A stretch of 64,000 nt of DNA from a virus (IMGVR_UViG_3300021087_000009:1-64000), one strand, 5' to 3'. Positions 48,954-59,303 are shown, counted from the first letter of the stretch. Translations and numbers: made by a program. The notes: generated by a model from the sequence alone, not told the origin.

Positions 48954-48975
48954 GACTTGTATACTTATCGGTCAT

Positions 48976-49007
48976 AAAAAAAGGGTCCAGTAAAAACTGA
49001 ACCCTTT
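48976..49007 (-). terminator. Rho-independent terminator
   Basis: AAAGGGTTCAG...CTGGACCCTTTTTTT. Confidence 0.75.
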
Positions 49008-49039
49008 CTTATTAGTATAACTCTAAAATATAAGCTAAA

Positions 49040-49429
49040 TTACGCCCACTTAAGAGTTGTTTTACGTGTAACTGCAACTGTACCTGAACCAAAGTTCACA
49101 CCGTCAACTGTACCTAAGTTGATTAAATCTTCAACTAAAGCCGCTTCGAATGTTCCTGATACTGTACCATCTTCTGATACATATCCTGTTGCATTTGTGA
49201 AGTCACCTTCAAGCATAAAATCTTGCTGAGTGCCAGTATCATATACTGCGCCAGCCGCCAAGATAGTTGCTCTAGCCATAATCGTGTTGTGGATTGCTTC
49301 CATAGCCGCTCTTGATGCGTCTGCGTCAACGTCCCAATTTACGTTTAAAAGGTGCGTGTCTTTTCCGATGTTTCGGATTTCTCCAGTGTAGGTTGCTACT
49401 AAAGGATTTACTTTTGTTACTCCAGCCAT
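49040..49429 (-). CDS. Probable abundant virion (decoration-like) protein
   Basis: Own TAAATA promoter, SD AGGAG and terminator; Ala/Thr/Gly-rich. Confidence 0.55.
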   Translation of the reverse strand: MAGVTKVNPLVATYTGEIRNIGKDTHLLNVNWDVDADASRAAMEAIHNTIMARATILAAGAVYDTGTQQDFMLEGDFTNATGYVSEDGTVSGTFEAALVEDLINLGTVDGVNFGSGTVAVTRKTTLKWA

Positions 49430-49516
49430 TTTATTTCTCCTATGTTCTCTAATGACCCTGACATACTTTCTCGTGTATGTTAGTTAATAGTATTTAGTCG
49501 ATTGGGGGAATTTTGG

Positions 49517-50395
49517 TTACTTTTTGCTCTGTAATGCTCGTTTTTGGAGTGCTTTAAGCATTGTGATGTATCCTGGGCCAGCTTTTACAATATCATCCAG
49601 TAATTTAATAGCCGGAAAGTAAGAAGCAATAAAAGGAGACGGAACACTTTTGCCTGCCTTTGCCATGTCTAAAAACTTTTTAGTACCTACTAAGTTACGT
49701 GGACCTACAATGTATCTATAAAACATTAAGTCTTTATTTGATGTAGGTGTTTGGTCAGGAATACTAATTGTAGGTTCGTGATCCTTAACCATCGAAGTTT
49801 CTAAGTCTCTGTTAGTTGATAGTTCTTCTAAGTATGAAATTAAATCACTATTTCTTAATTTTGCTCTAGCGGCAAATAATAGTTTTGTTGTTACTGACTT
49901 TTTGTCACGTATACTAGCAGTACCGTAATTAACAAGGTATCGTCTAATACTTTTATATTCGGAGTTTATGCGTAACATATTTTCTATACGCATAAACAAT
50001 TCTGAATTAGTACCAACAGTACCACCGGAAGCTATTTTATGAAGGTATCCATTTAATGCTAAGAGTGGAAATGATATACGTTTTCTCAAAGCCAATGCGG
50101 CCGCTGGATCTTTTAATTTATTAACTGCTTCTTCTGGTCCAGCTACAAAATATATTAAGTTATATAAATCAGTTCCATGCATACGAAAGTGCTTATAGTT
50201 TTGATTGTCTACAGTCTTTTTCGCATACCCATTAGCAATACCTTTAGAAGAACCTGGGTATTGCCTTAGTAACTCAAGAATCAATAGCGATAAGTATAGC
50301 CTTTCACCACAGTCAGTATATGATAACTTCTTTTGGTCAGTACTATTGCGAGTCATTCTCGCTTCATATATTTCGTCTAAGAATTTGAGTTCCAT
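49517..50395 (-). CDS. Hypothetical protein
   Basis: 292-aa ORF in head-associated operon. Confidence 0.6.
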   Translation of the reverse strand: MELKFLDEIYEARMTRNSTDQKKLSYTDCGERLYLSLLILELLRQYPGSSKGIANGYAKKTVDNQNYKHFRMHGTDLYNLIYFVAGPEEAVNKLKDPAAALALRKRISFPLLALNGYLHKIASGGTVGTNSELFMRIENMLRINSEYKSIRRYLVNYGTASIRDKKSVTTKLLFAARAKLRNSDLISYLEELSTNRDLETSMVKDHEPTISIPDQTPTSNKDLMFYRYIVGPRNLVGTKKFLDMAKAGKSVPSPFIASYFPAIKLLDDIVKAGPGYITMLKALQKRALQSKK

Positions 50396-50400
50396 ATCGC

Positions 50401-51903
50401 CTACTTCATATACTTGTCAGCAAAGATATTAATCATCTCTTTTGGATCTTTAACTGCAAGAAATTGTTCTAATCCAGCTGATTTTTGAATGTCTTTAGTA
50501 AACTCAAAACGTATAGCTGGCTTAACTCTATCAGTAGTTGCCATCATACGTAATGTTTTAGCTTGTGCTACATCAACTTTCATTTCTTTACCATCGTCAG
50601 TTGTAACGGTATTCCTCGGCTTTGGATTAGATTGTGAATCTAATATTTTGCCTAATTGGTTAAACATCATATCTTGTTTAAATCCTGGATCGTCGTTATC
50701 GTCAACGTCTGCTGGATCAACACCTCTACGCATAAAGTCGGTATCTGTAAAGTCACTTGCTCTCATATTAGTCCCCTCTCGTTTTACTGCTCTGTTAGCC
50801 GCACTAAAGCCTGCACGATTAACTAGTTTTATATCTCCTTTTGGATTAGCTAATACATAACCTTCTCCTCCAGGCTTACCACCTATTGATGCTTTAACAT
50901 CAGCAGGTTGATTTTCTAATTGATTAATGATATCATCTTTAACTCTCATGATACCGTTTACTGTTTGCCATAATGCATTAAAAGCCTTAATATTTGTTTT
51001 TACATATTCAATAATTTTTGCTTGTTTATTTTTACTTACTTTGCTACCTGATAGCCATTGTACAAAGTCTTTACCTAGTTTATCTAATCCTGTATCAACT
51101 TTACTATTAGTATATGTATAAAGTATTTGAGAGAAGTCACTAACCTTCATTGCGGCTAATGTTTCTTTGTTTAATAAACTGTCAATCTCGTTAGCATTGT
51201 TACTTACAATTCCACTTACTTCTTTAATGCTACTCATGTCTACGTTTGGAGCATCAACTACAGTCACTGGTGGTAATACTAATACTTCTTTACCTTCAAA
51301 TGGAGGTGTTTGACCTAAAGGACCTTCGTTACCGTTTTGATCTACAACTCTATGAATAACTACTCCAGTTTTACTTCTTGCTATTTGTTTACCTATGTCA
51401 CTATCTTTTTGTACTGTATATGTTACTGTATTAGGTTTAAAGGACAGCGTTTCACCTATTGTATCAGGAGTATTAAAGTATAACATGTCTCCTTTGAAAT
51501 AGCCTTTGTGTTTTTTAGGTACAGCTTTTTCAAATTCATCAAATACATCTTTCATATTGCCTGCAAATGCTTTATAACTGTCTGACTTCTCGCCACCTTT
51601 ACCTCTACCAAGTAACATGGCCTGTAAGTCATCGCCACTTTGTGACTTACCATCATATCCTTTTGCACTAAAGCCTGACTTGTCTGTAAAGACAAACTTG
51701 CCATCTGCATCACGACCAAATATTACAGCAGGTGATCCATCCCATTTGATTGTTACATCTTTGTGTCCACCTTTGGCCATGTTAGCTAAAGATTGCAAAG
51801 CACGTTTGGCTCCAGCACTTCCTTCCCAGAAGATGATATCTTCTGCATGTTGGATACGTGCTTCCATTTCTTTTACAATTTGTTTAAATTCAAAAAATCT
51901 CAT
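50401..51903 (-). CDS. DUF6267-like protein with RNA-ligase-like motifs
   Basis: MRFFEF start; KWDG, FKGDML, GEGYV, IKLV. Confidence 0.6.
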   Translation of the reverse strand: MRFFEFKQIVKEMEARIQHAEDIIFWEGSAGAKRALQSLANMAKGGHKDVTIKWDGSPAVIFGRDADGKFVFTDKSGFSAKGYDGKSQSGDDLQAMLLGRGKGGEKSDSYKAFAGNMKDVFDEFEKAVPKKHKGYFKGDMLYFNTPDTIGETLSFKPNTVTYTVQKDSDIGKQIARSKTGVVIHRVVDQNGNEGPLGQTPPFEGKEVLVLPPVTVVDAPNVDMSSIKEVSGIVSNNANEIDSLLNKETLAAMKVSDFSQILYTYTNSKVDTGLDKLGKDFVQWLSGSKVSKNKQAKIIEYVKTNIKAFNALWQTVNGIMRVKDDIINQLENQPADVKASIGGKPGGEGYVLANPKGDIKLVNRAGFSAANRAVKREGTNMRASDFTDTDFMRRGVDPADVDDNDDPGFKQDMMFNQLGKILDSQSNPKPRNTVTTDDGKEMKVDVAQAKTLRMMATTDRVKPAIRFEFTKDIQKSAGLEQFLAVKDPKEMINIFADKYMK

Positions 51904-52607
51904 TATGGTAGCTCTAGTCCATCTTTTTCAAACCAGTCTTTAGCATCTTTAACTAAGTTTTCGTAATTAGGGTCTGCTTTAATTTTAGCATTAATTGATT
52001 CTACACTTTGTAAGTCTTGCGGAGTTGCAGTTGGACCCATTAAAGTCTTTGCAATAAACTTTGGATCCTTTGCACCTTTCAAAGGTTCGTTGCTTATTCT
52101 ATCAACTAATCCGTTTGAGGGGCTCCACTTATATCCTAGTGCTTTTGCTAACGAGGCAATCATAATCATACGGTGTTGGCCTTTAAAGTTACTTTTTGCG
52201 TCCATGCCACCTAAAGCAAATTTCATAAACTTCTGATCACCAAACATTAAATCTGTTTGTACAAATCCGTTTTTCTCATTACCTCTAATAGGTGTTTTAA
52301 AATGTACTGAAATACCAGACTTTCGAATCCATTGTTTAGGCTCTTCATCAGGATGATTTTTAACTACCCATGCTTGTAATTTTCCTACTAGATCGTCTTT
52401 ACTAACTTTATCTTTCTCAATAGCAACATCTAAATCACCACTAGTGTCTTTAACACCAGTACTGCCAAGCATATGGCCTTTATGATCTAATCCAGTGATC
52501 TTTTCAAGCCAACCTAATGTAGGCTTTACATCTGCTTTATTAATACGGATTGTAGCTGGTTCGCCCTCAGCATTTTTGAATATGTTACCGCCTTCATTGA
52601 GAATCAT
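51903..52607 (-). CDS. Pol-beta-superfamily nucleotidyltransferase-like protein
   Basis: LGS.G....SGDLDVA, VQTDLM; start MILNEGG after AAGGA. Confidence 0.65.
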   Translation of the reverse strand: MILNEGGNIFKNAEGEPATIRINKADVKPTLGWLEKITGLDHKGHMLGSTGVKDTSGDLDVAIEKDKVSKDDLVGKLQAWVVKNHPDEEPKQWIRKSGISVHFKTPIRGNEKNGFVQTDLMFGDQKFMKFALGGMDAKSNFKGQHRMIMIASLAKALGYKWSPSNGLVDRISNEPLKGAKDPKFIAKTLMGPTATPQDLQSVESINAKIKADPNYENLVKDAKDWFEKDGLELP

Positions 52608-52860
52608 TTGTTTTCCTTGCTTCAACTATTTTATCAACGCCACGTTTAAATTTACGAGGATCACCACTTCTAATACTGTTTATAAAACGTCTTTCTAATT
52701 CTGCGGCTGTATCTGCGTCATAACTATCAGTTATTCTGTTTAATAAATTAATCGAACTTTCAATTAAGTTATTCCCTGTTGACTGTATTAATGCTTCGTT
52801 ATCAGTCGTACGGTGAATACTGTTTAGTTCTTCGAGTATAGATCTAGTGGTTCTTTTCAT
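52594..52860 (-). CDS. Conserved phage hypothetical protein
   Basis: TRSILEEL...RR.INSI...DP.KF.RG; TAAATA upstream. Confidence 0.65.
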   Translation of the reverse strand: MKRTTRSILEELNSIHRTTDNEALIQSTGNNLIESSINLLNRITDSYDADTAAELERRFINSIRSGDPRKFKRGVDKIVEARKTNDSQ

Positions 52861-53007
52861 GGTTTCGTTTCCTATACTGTATTTAGTTGCCTGTGTGTAA
52901 ATACTTCGACGATAAGGTGTTGACTTCTTACTAAGGTCGTAGTATACTATAAAACAAATACAAAGTCAACCCGCTCCAACTATTTACTTTAAGGAAATTA
53001 AATTATT

Positions 53008-54000
53008 ATGATTGACCCAACAACGCAGGGGATTCTTACTCAGATTGACGGAAAAATGGGCTTAACTAGTAACTCTTTTCATAGATGTATTGGAGAACGA
53101 GGTTATTTTGCTACAGTTGTTGAATTAACTGAAAAAATCCGTATTGCTACATCAACTGATGGAGTTGGTAGTAAAATAGACCATTTGATTAGACACATGA
53201 TGTATGATGTTATCGGTAAAGACTGTGTAGCAATGAATATTAATGATTTATTGTGTGTAGGTGCAAATCCTGTTGGGTTTCAGAACCATATTACAACGCA
53301 ACCAGATCAAGCTAACATTATTCCTGATGTAGTGTCAGGAATTGCAGATTATTGTGTTGACAGCTTCACATTACTTACAGGTGGAGAAACGGAAATACTG
53401 CAAGAAACGAAATTTCATATATCAGGATCTGCTTTTGGACACATTGTTGATTTAATAAATGGTACTAGGGTAGAGCCTGGTGATGTTATAATTGGCTTAG
53501 AATCTAACGGACTTCATGCTAACGGATGGACAGCAGTATCTATTGGTGCTCCTAGTTTGATTAAAAGAGAGAATCTTACTGCAACAAAATTATATACTAG
53601 CGATATACATCCACTTAGATCTAGAGTCGAGCCTACAGCTATTGTTAATATTACAGGTGGCGGATTTAGGAATCTTGAAAGAATACCAAAGAATGTACAA
53701 TATAATATAAATTATAAAATTACGCAAGACGTGTTTCAAACGTTAGAAGATCGTTATTCACATGCAGAATGCTTCACCCATTTTAATATGGGTATAGGAA
53801 TGATAGTTATTGTACGACTAGAAGATGTTGATATAGCTCTTGAGCAGATGAAGGATACAGTAATTTTAGGCGAAGTATCAAAAGCAGATAATCCTAAAGT
53901 AATAGTAAATGGAATAGAAATATATTCAGGAACTGTTAAGCCATATAAAACAGTAACTAAAGTTGAAGAGGAGTCTCCGATAAACCTTACTGATAACTAG
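53008..54000 (+). CDS. purM: Phosphoribosylaminoimidazole (AIR) synthetase
   Basis: TDGVGSK, DCVAMNINDL...GA.P, GGETE, SNGLHANG, ITGGG, FNMGIG. Confidence 0.92.
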   Translation: MIDPTTQGILTQIDGKMGLTSNSFHRCIGERGYFATVVELTEKIRIATSTDGVGSKIDHLIRHMMYDVIGKDCVAMNINDLLCVGANPVGFQNHITTQPDQANIIPDVVSGIADYCVDSFTLLTGGETEILQETKFHISGSAFGHIVDLINGTRVEPGDVIIGLESNGLHANGWTAVSIGAPSLIKRENLTATKLYTSDIHPLRSRVEPTAIVNITGGGFRNLERIPKNVQYNINYKITQDVFQTLEDRYSHAECFTHFNMGIGMIVIVRLEDVDIALEQMKDTVILGEVSKADNPKVIVNGIEIYSGTVKPYKTVTKVEEESPINLTDN

Positions 54001-54035
54001 ATTGAAATAAATAGAGTATCATATAGCAGACGGAG

Positions 54036-54467
54036 GTGACTATGAACTCTAACACATTTCATTTAGCGATTGAAGTGGGTGACCTTACTAATGCGATTGA
54101 CTTCTATACAAACATCTTAGGATGTGAGTCATGTAACTCAGAACTTCCACACTGGATAGATATTGATTTCTGGGGCAACGAACTTACTTTACATTCCAGT
54201 AATCCTAAAGAGGATTGCACTAATAATACTAAACAAGAACATGCAGTTGATATGGGGATGGTAGTTGTCCCCCATTTTGGTGTGCATTTAGATCCTGATA
54301 TCTTTGAAGATATTAAAGACCGTATTAAAAAACATAATATAAGCTATGTACAAGAACCTTATATACGTTTTAAGGATACTGACCTAGAGCAAGAAACATG
54401 CTTCATTAAAGATCCGCATGGTAATATACTTGAACTCAAAAGCCTGTCTACTGGCGCATGGAGATAA
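54036..54467 (+). CDS. VOC/glyoxalase-family protein
   Basis: FHLAI, W.D.DF.G, VPHFG, DP.GN.LE.K. Confidence 0.85.
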   Translation: MTMNSNTFHLAIEVGDLTNAIDFYTNILGCESCNSELPHWIDIDFWGNELTLHSSNPKEDCTNNTKQEHAVDMGMVVVPHFGVHLDPDIFEDIKDRIKKHNISYVQEPYIRFKDTDLEQETCFIKDPHGNILELKSLSTGAWR

Positions 54468-54517
54468 ATACCTATATTATTACTATACCATAAACTAATA
54501 AAAATAAAGGAATATTA

Positions 54518-55363
54518 ATGTTCAGTAAAAAATTAACGAAACCAATAGCTAATTTATCATTTGAACACCGTGCATTACTTTTTGCTGAACTAAGTGCTAT
54601 TGCTTATTATGAAGGGAAAGATGCAACTCGAGAAGCAAAAAAACTAGGCTTCACTACAGTAGAGTTTTATAATATTAAAGGTGCAGAAGCATATCGTTTT
54701 ATGAATAAGCATGATTTTGTAATTGCTTGTCGTGGAACACAACCTAAACAATGGAACGATATTAAAGCTGATGCAGAAGCATGGCCTGTTGTTTCAGAAA
54801 CAGTCGGACGAGTTCATAAAGGATTTAAACATGAAGTTGATAAGTTGTGGCCTCAAATAGAAGAAGACTTAGAAAGAGAACAAGCAGAACGTAACGTTTG
54901 GTTTACTGGACATTCGTTAGGTGCAGGCATGGCAACTATATGTGCAAGTCGTTGTAAAGGCGAAAATAAATGTACGAATCCTAAAGAGTTACATACTTAT
55001 GGAACTCCAAGGGTTGGTTGGCCTAGTTACATTAATCATATTCCGTTCAAACATTACCGTTGGAGAAACAATAATGATATTGTTACTCGTGTACCAATGC
55101 GTTGGATGGGTTATAAACATCACGGCACTTGTCATTACTTTAACCATTTTGGTAACCTTAGAAACTATACACCTTGGCAAATAGCTAAGGATCGTTGGCG
55201 TGGATTTTTTGTTAGTATATTAAAAGGTAAGTTTGATCCTATTTCTGATCATAATATTAATGAATATATTAAACACTTAAACAATTTAGCAAATGGTAGC
55301 AAAGAAGCTCCGCAACCATCTGCTATGAAAAGTTTAGATCCAATTACATTAATGAAGAATTAG
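54518..55363 (+). CDS. Class 3 lipase
   Basis: RGT, VHKGF, TGHSLG, TYGTPRVG, DIVTRVP. Confidence 0.9.
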   Translation: MFSKKLTKPIANLSFEHRALLFAELSAIAYYEGKDATREAKKLGFTTVEFYNIKGAEAYRFMNKHDFVIACRGTQPKQWNDIKADAEAWPVVSETVGRVHKGFKHEVDKLWPQIEEDLEREQAERNVWFTGHSLGAGMATICASRCKGENKCTNPKELHTYGTPRVGWPSYINHIPFKHYRWRNNNDIVTRVPMRWMGYKHHGTCHYFNHFGNLRNYTPWQIAKDRWRGFFVSILKGKFDPISDHNINEYIKHLNNLANGSKEAPQPSAMKSLDPITLMKN

Positions 55364-55647
55364 AACTTTAGTTTATCTAAAATAGTTCCTTCTACTTTTG
55401 ACATAAGTCTAACACCTGAATAGCCACAAACAAATGCTATAGCAAGTGCTACCTCAGTTCCAAAGCCAAAATGGGCCATTAGTGCTGGAATAAAAAATTC
55501 CGCCGCAACCCATCCTACTAATACTGATATCAATATATCTTTAATTGGTGTTTTTCTACGTACTACTGCATTACAGATTCCGCCAGTACCAGCCGCGCCA
55601 ATACAACACGCCTTTGCACCGAACATTGTTACTAGTTCTGCTATCAT
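55360..55647 (-). CDS. Small multi-TM protein (holin-like)
   Basis: Hydrophobic segments; AF..GY.G pattern. Confidence 0.5.
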   Translation of the reverse strand: MIAELVTMFGAKACCIGAAGTGGICNAVVRRKTPIKDILISVLVGWVAAEFFIPALMAHFGFGTEVALAIAFVCGYSGVRLMSKVEGTILDKLKF

Positions 55648-55722
55648 AAGAGCCCTCCAAGTTTGTCTTTCTGACCTTATATTTAAATAAGTTGGAGGTG
55701 GTATTAAGCGATTATTTAATGA

Positions 55723-56709
55723 TTAGTGTAACCCGTTAGGTATAATAACATAGTGTATTGCTAACACAATTCCTACTGATACAATTAGTCCTAACATCAT
55801 TTTTAAGAAGTCTCGTCCTATTATAGGAAACACATACTTAAACTTATAGTTTTCCATAAGTGTTGATATTGCAAGTTCTCTTCCACATAACAATCCAACA
55901 AAGACCCAAGTAGTACTCATAGGAATATCATTATACTCTCTAAAGAACATTAATATAAATGCATATACTACATTAATTAATGTTGCTGAACGTACATACC
56001 TAGTGCCAGTCTTTTCTAAAACAACATGTTGAATCTTTCCTCCACGTTCATAAAACGTGTATCCTAAGAATACTATAAACACAACAGATACAAAAAGCAT
56101 CCATTCAACGGATAATACTCTAGGAAGGAATACAGCAATATTGGCCATGTCGTGTGATAACCAAGTGTACCATAAGAATGCTGTAGTGATCCAACTACCA
56201 ACACGCCAATAAACTTTATGTGTTTCAGGTACCTTATCTGCTTTCTCATCTATAACACGTTCAACTACCATCCAAATAGCATAAGCAACTATTGCCGCTA
56301 AGGCATATCCTATAATAGATTTAACTAACATCTTTTCTAATACAAATGTACTAGCAAATGCAGACAGGACTAAGAAACTTGTTGATACAGGTACGCCAAT
56401 TCGTGTTAGTAATAGAAGTACAAGTGGAGCAGTTGCATGGTACCATTGTACTTCTTGGAAAGGTATTTTGTTTAGTCTACCAAATGATATGTCGCCCCCG
56501 TTAATATACCACCCATACCATAATGTAAATATTAAAACTGCTGATGCTGATAGCCAAAGTGTTTGCCAATTAAATGATGGCTCTGTGTTACCTGGATGAT
56601 CTGAGTTAGATGCTATCCAAGGACCTAATGTTTGTACACTATCATTAGCAACAACTGAGTATGCCGCAAGAATAAATCCTACGACCATGTAGAGCAAAGT
56701 TAAATCCAT
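55723..56709 (-). CDS. Multi-pass membrane protein, PiT-like transporter fold
   Basis: ANDS..., PVSTSF, HD.AN, PMSTT repeats. Confidence 0.6.
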   Translation of the reverse strand: MDLTLLYMVVGFILAAYSVVANDSVQTLGPWIASNSDHPGNTEPSFNWQTLWLSASAVLIFTLWYGWYINGGDISFGRLNKIPFQEVQWYHATAPLVLLLLTRIGVPVSTSFLVLSAFASTFVLEKMLVKSIIGYALAAIVAYAIWMVVERVIDEKADKVPETHKVYWRVGSWITTAFLWYTWLSHDMANIAVFLPRVLSVEWMLFVSVVFIVFLGYTFYERGGKIQHVVLEKTGTRYVRSATLINVVYAFILMFFREYNDIPMSTTWVFVGLLCGRELAISTLMENYKFKYVFPIIGRDFLKMMLGLIVSVGIVLAIHYVIIPNGLH

Positions 56710-56718
56710 ATTTGATCC

Positions 56719-57318
56719 TTATTCTAATTTATGTTTTGTAATAATGTTATATATTTCTTGCCAGTTCTGCACTCGTACAACTTCTGGATTGTCGTACTCC
56801 TCATTAAAATCGTGTGTCATAAGAATTGGACGCAGTCCTGCCCGCAGTCCAGCTTCACAATTTTCTGGTTTATCTTCAACCCACCAAAGACCCTCTGGAT
56901 ACTCTTTAAGAATATCATCTTTTGGTGCTTGAGTTTCTAAACAGCGAACACGCCGAATAGTTGCAGGGAACCAACGTTCTAAGTTTTGTTGTCTAAGCTC
57001 GGCGGCCCAGCGGTCTGTGTGTGATGATGTGATTGCTTCAAAGTGATAGTTTAGTACTTTAAATTTAGCAAGTACATCAACAGAATCTCTGAAGGGTTTA
57101 ATAAAGCCTATCCATGCACTAGAATTAAAACGTTCTATAAGAGCATTGACTTGTGGTCTATTAATTCCATACCGTTGTGATAGGTCGTATATGTTTTCGT
57201 CTGTAGTATCTTCAACATATATATTTTGAGTTTCTTTAAGCCAAGCCTCAAATGATGTTGTCCAATCTAACAATACTCCATCTACGTCTACTAAAATTTT
57301 GTGTTGCGAATAATCCAA
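56719..57318 (-). CDS. HAD 5'(3')-nucleotidase-like protein
   Basis: DVDGVL, ITS, K, WVEDK. Confidence 0.8.
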   Translation of the reverse strand: MDYSQHKILVDVDGVLLDWTTSFEAWLKETQNIYVEDTTDENIYDLSQRYGINRPQVNALIERFNSSAWIGFIKPFRDSVDVLAKFKVLNYHFEAITSSHTDRWAAELRQQNLERWFPATIRRVRCLETQAPKDDILKEYPEGLWWVEDKPENCEAGLRAGLRPILMTHDFNEEYDNPEVVRVQNWQEIYNIITKHKLE

Positions 57319-57487
57319 TATATCCCCCTGTATGATTTAATAGCTGTATTATATTATATTTTTTCTGTTATGTCAACCTTTTTGACACTTTATATAAATA
57401 CCCATATAATCAATACAGACACTGGAAAAGACTAGGGTATTGCTATTCCTTAAGCATATTTTTTAACAATTTATACTTAAGGTAAAA

Positions 57488-57622
57488 ATGGCATACAAAG
57501 TAAAACGACTAATTTGCAGAATGCGAATGTGGTATGCTGAAGTTCGAGGACATAAAGGTAAAAGATGGAATTACGAACCTTCAGAACACTACATGGGCAG
57601 ATCCAGATCCAAAAAACACTAA
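57488..57622 (+). CDS. 44-aa basic protein MAYKVKRLICRMRMWYAEVRGHKGKRWNYEPSEHYMGRSRSKKH (not in ORF track)
   Basis: SD AAGG; TTGACA-N17-TATAAT at 57382-57410 with an embedded TATAAATA. Confidence 0.65.
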   Translation: MAYKVKRLICRMRMWYAEVRGHKGKRWNYEPSEHYMGRSRSKKH

Positions 57623-57919
57623 TTTAAACCACTTTTAGTATGGTTTTCGCTTGACCTACATAATTACTTGTGTTACTATAATCATAGTAAGCATATTGCA
57701 TTTTATTAGCGGAAGACAAACATGAAAAACTAATTATGATCGTACTAGAGATACTTCCATTTATTTTGTTATCAATAATGATGATGTATAAAAAATAATA
57801 GTAGTCTAGTGCCTAACAACAATCGCGGCGTAGCCCGAATAAACGTATTGAGATAGCGAGCCCCTTGTAGAGAATCAATAGTACCTACAGGGGGTTAATC
57901 TTTTCTGCTATATAATAGT

Positions 57920-58141
57920 ATGTTTAGAAAAATTTTAAATTGGTTTAGCAAATTTGGTGATTGGATGGCGCAAAGTGATAGAGAAATGCGTGAAGCTGGT
58001 TACATTGTTAGTTGGCCGCCTATAGGATGCTCTTTTGGTGCTCCGCACGTTCATTATATAGGTCCACCTAAAAAACCCCACATAAATACACAGACTAATG
58101 ATAGACCTAACACCATTTCAGGAGAAGATCCAAGAACTTAA
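57920..58141 (+). CDS. Hypothetical protein
   Basis: TATAAT 3 nt before the ATG. Confidence 0.45.
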   Translation: MFRKILNWFSKFGDWMAQSDREMREAGYIVSWPPIGCSFGAPHVHYIGPPKKPHINTQTNDRPNTISGEDPRT

Positions 58142-59303
58142 AGATAACGGCAATTACCGTGTCTTTAACGATATTCTTCGTACCAGAGGACAATATCCTA
58201 ACGCCATATGGTATGGCAAATATAATATTAAGGATATTGTAAATTGGTGTTCAAATGATTACTTAGGTATGGGACAACATCCAGTTGTTTTAGATGCTAT
58301 GAAAACTGCCCTTAACCAGACAGGTGCGGGTGCAGGTGGCACACGAAATATTGCTGGAACATCTCATTATCATGTTGCATTAGAGCATGAGTTAGCTTCT
58401 CTGCATAGCAAAGAATCCGCTCTGCTTTATACTTCAGCTTATGTTGCCAACGAATGGACATTGATTGCTCTTAAACGAATCATTCCCGACATTGAATTTG
58501 TAAGTGATAGTAAAAATCACGCTTCATTAATTGAAGGAATCAGAAACAGTGGTGCTAAGAAACATATTTTTAAGCACAATGATCTAGAGCAGTTAGAAAG
58601 TATACTGAAAGACGTCAAAGGAACACCTTGTGTTGTTTTTGAGTCTGTGTATAGCATGGATGGATATGTCAGTAAATTAGATGACATTCTCAACTTAGCT
58701 GAAAAATATAATGCCGTTACATATCTTGATGAAGTCCACGCCGTTGGCCTGTATGGTGAAACAGGTGCTGGTTGGTCAGCAAAGCAAGGATCACAGGACA
58801 GAGTTGATATATTAAACGGTACGTTAGGTAAAGCCTTTGGTGTACAGGGTGGATATATAGCAGGGAAGGCAGTTGTCTTAGACGCTATCCGTTCGGTCGC
58901 CTCAGGTTTTATTTTTACTACTTCTTTATCACCAGTCACTTGTGCTGGTGCTTTAGCAAGTGTAAAATATTTGCGGGACAACAATCAACTACGAGTACAA
59001 CATCAGGAACGTGCTGGTCATTTAAAGACACTATTAAGAACAAATGGCTTACAAATTTTTGAAAACGAAACACATATAGTACCGGTCTTCGTAGGAGACG
59101 CAAAACGCTGTAAAGCAATGAGCGATGCCTTAATCAATGATTTTGGAATTTATTGTCAGGCTATTAACTATCCTACAGTAGAGGTAGGTACTGAACGTTT
59201 ACGGTTTGCTCCAACTCCGCATCATACAGATGCTATGATGGACAATTTAGTAGATGCTTTAGTTAAAGTAGAGACAAAGTCACATAGAAAGGCTTTTCTC
59301 TAA
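58098..59303 (+). CDS. hemA: 5-aminolevulinate synthase (Shemin pathway)
   Basis: [60 protein letters not shown]. Confidence 0.95.
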   Translation: MIDLTPFQEKIQELKDNGNYRVFNDILRTRGQYPNAIWYGKYNIKDIVNWCSNDYLGMGQHPVVLDAMKTALNQTGAGAGGTRNIAGTSHYHVALEHELASLHSKESALLYTSAYVANEWTLIALKRIIPDIEFVSDSKNHASLIEGIRNSGAKKHIFKHNDLEQLESILKDVKGTPCVVFESVYSMDGYVSKLDDILNLAEKYNAVTYLDEVHAVGLYGETGAGWSAKQGSQDRVDILNGTLGKAFGVQGGYIAGKAVVLDAIRSVASGFIFTTSLSPVTCAGALASVKYLRDNNQLRVQHQERAGHLKTLLRTNGLQIFENETHIVPVFVGDAKRCKAMSDALINDFGIYCQAINYPTVEVGTERLRFAPTPHHTDAMMDNLVDALVKVETKSHRKAFL

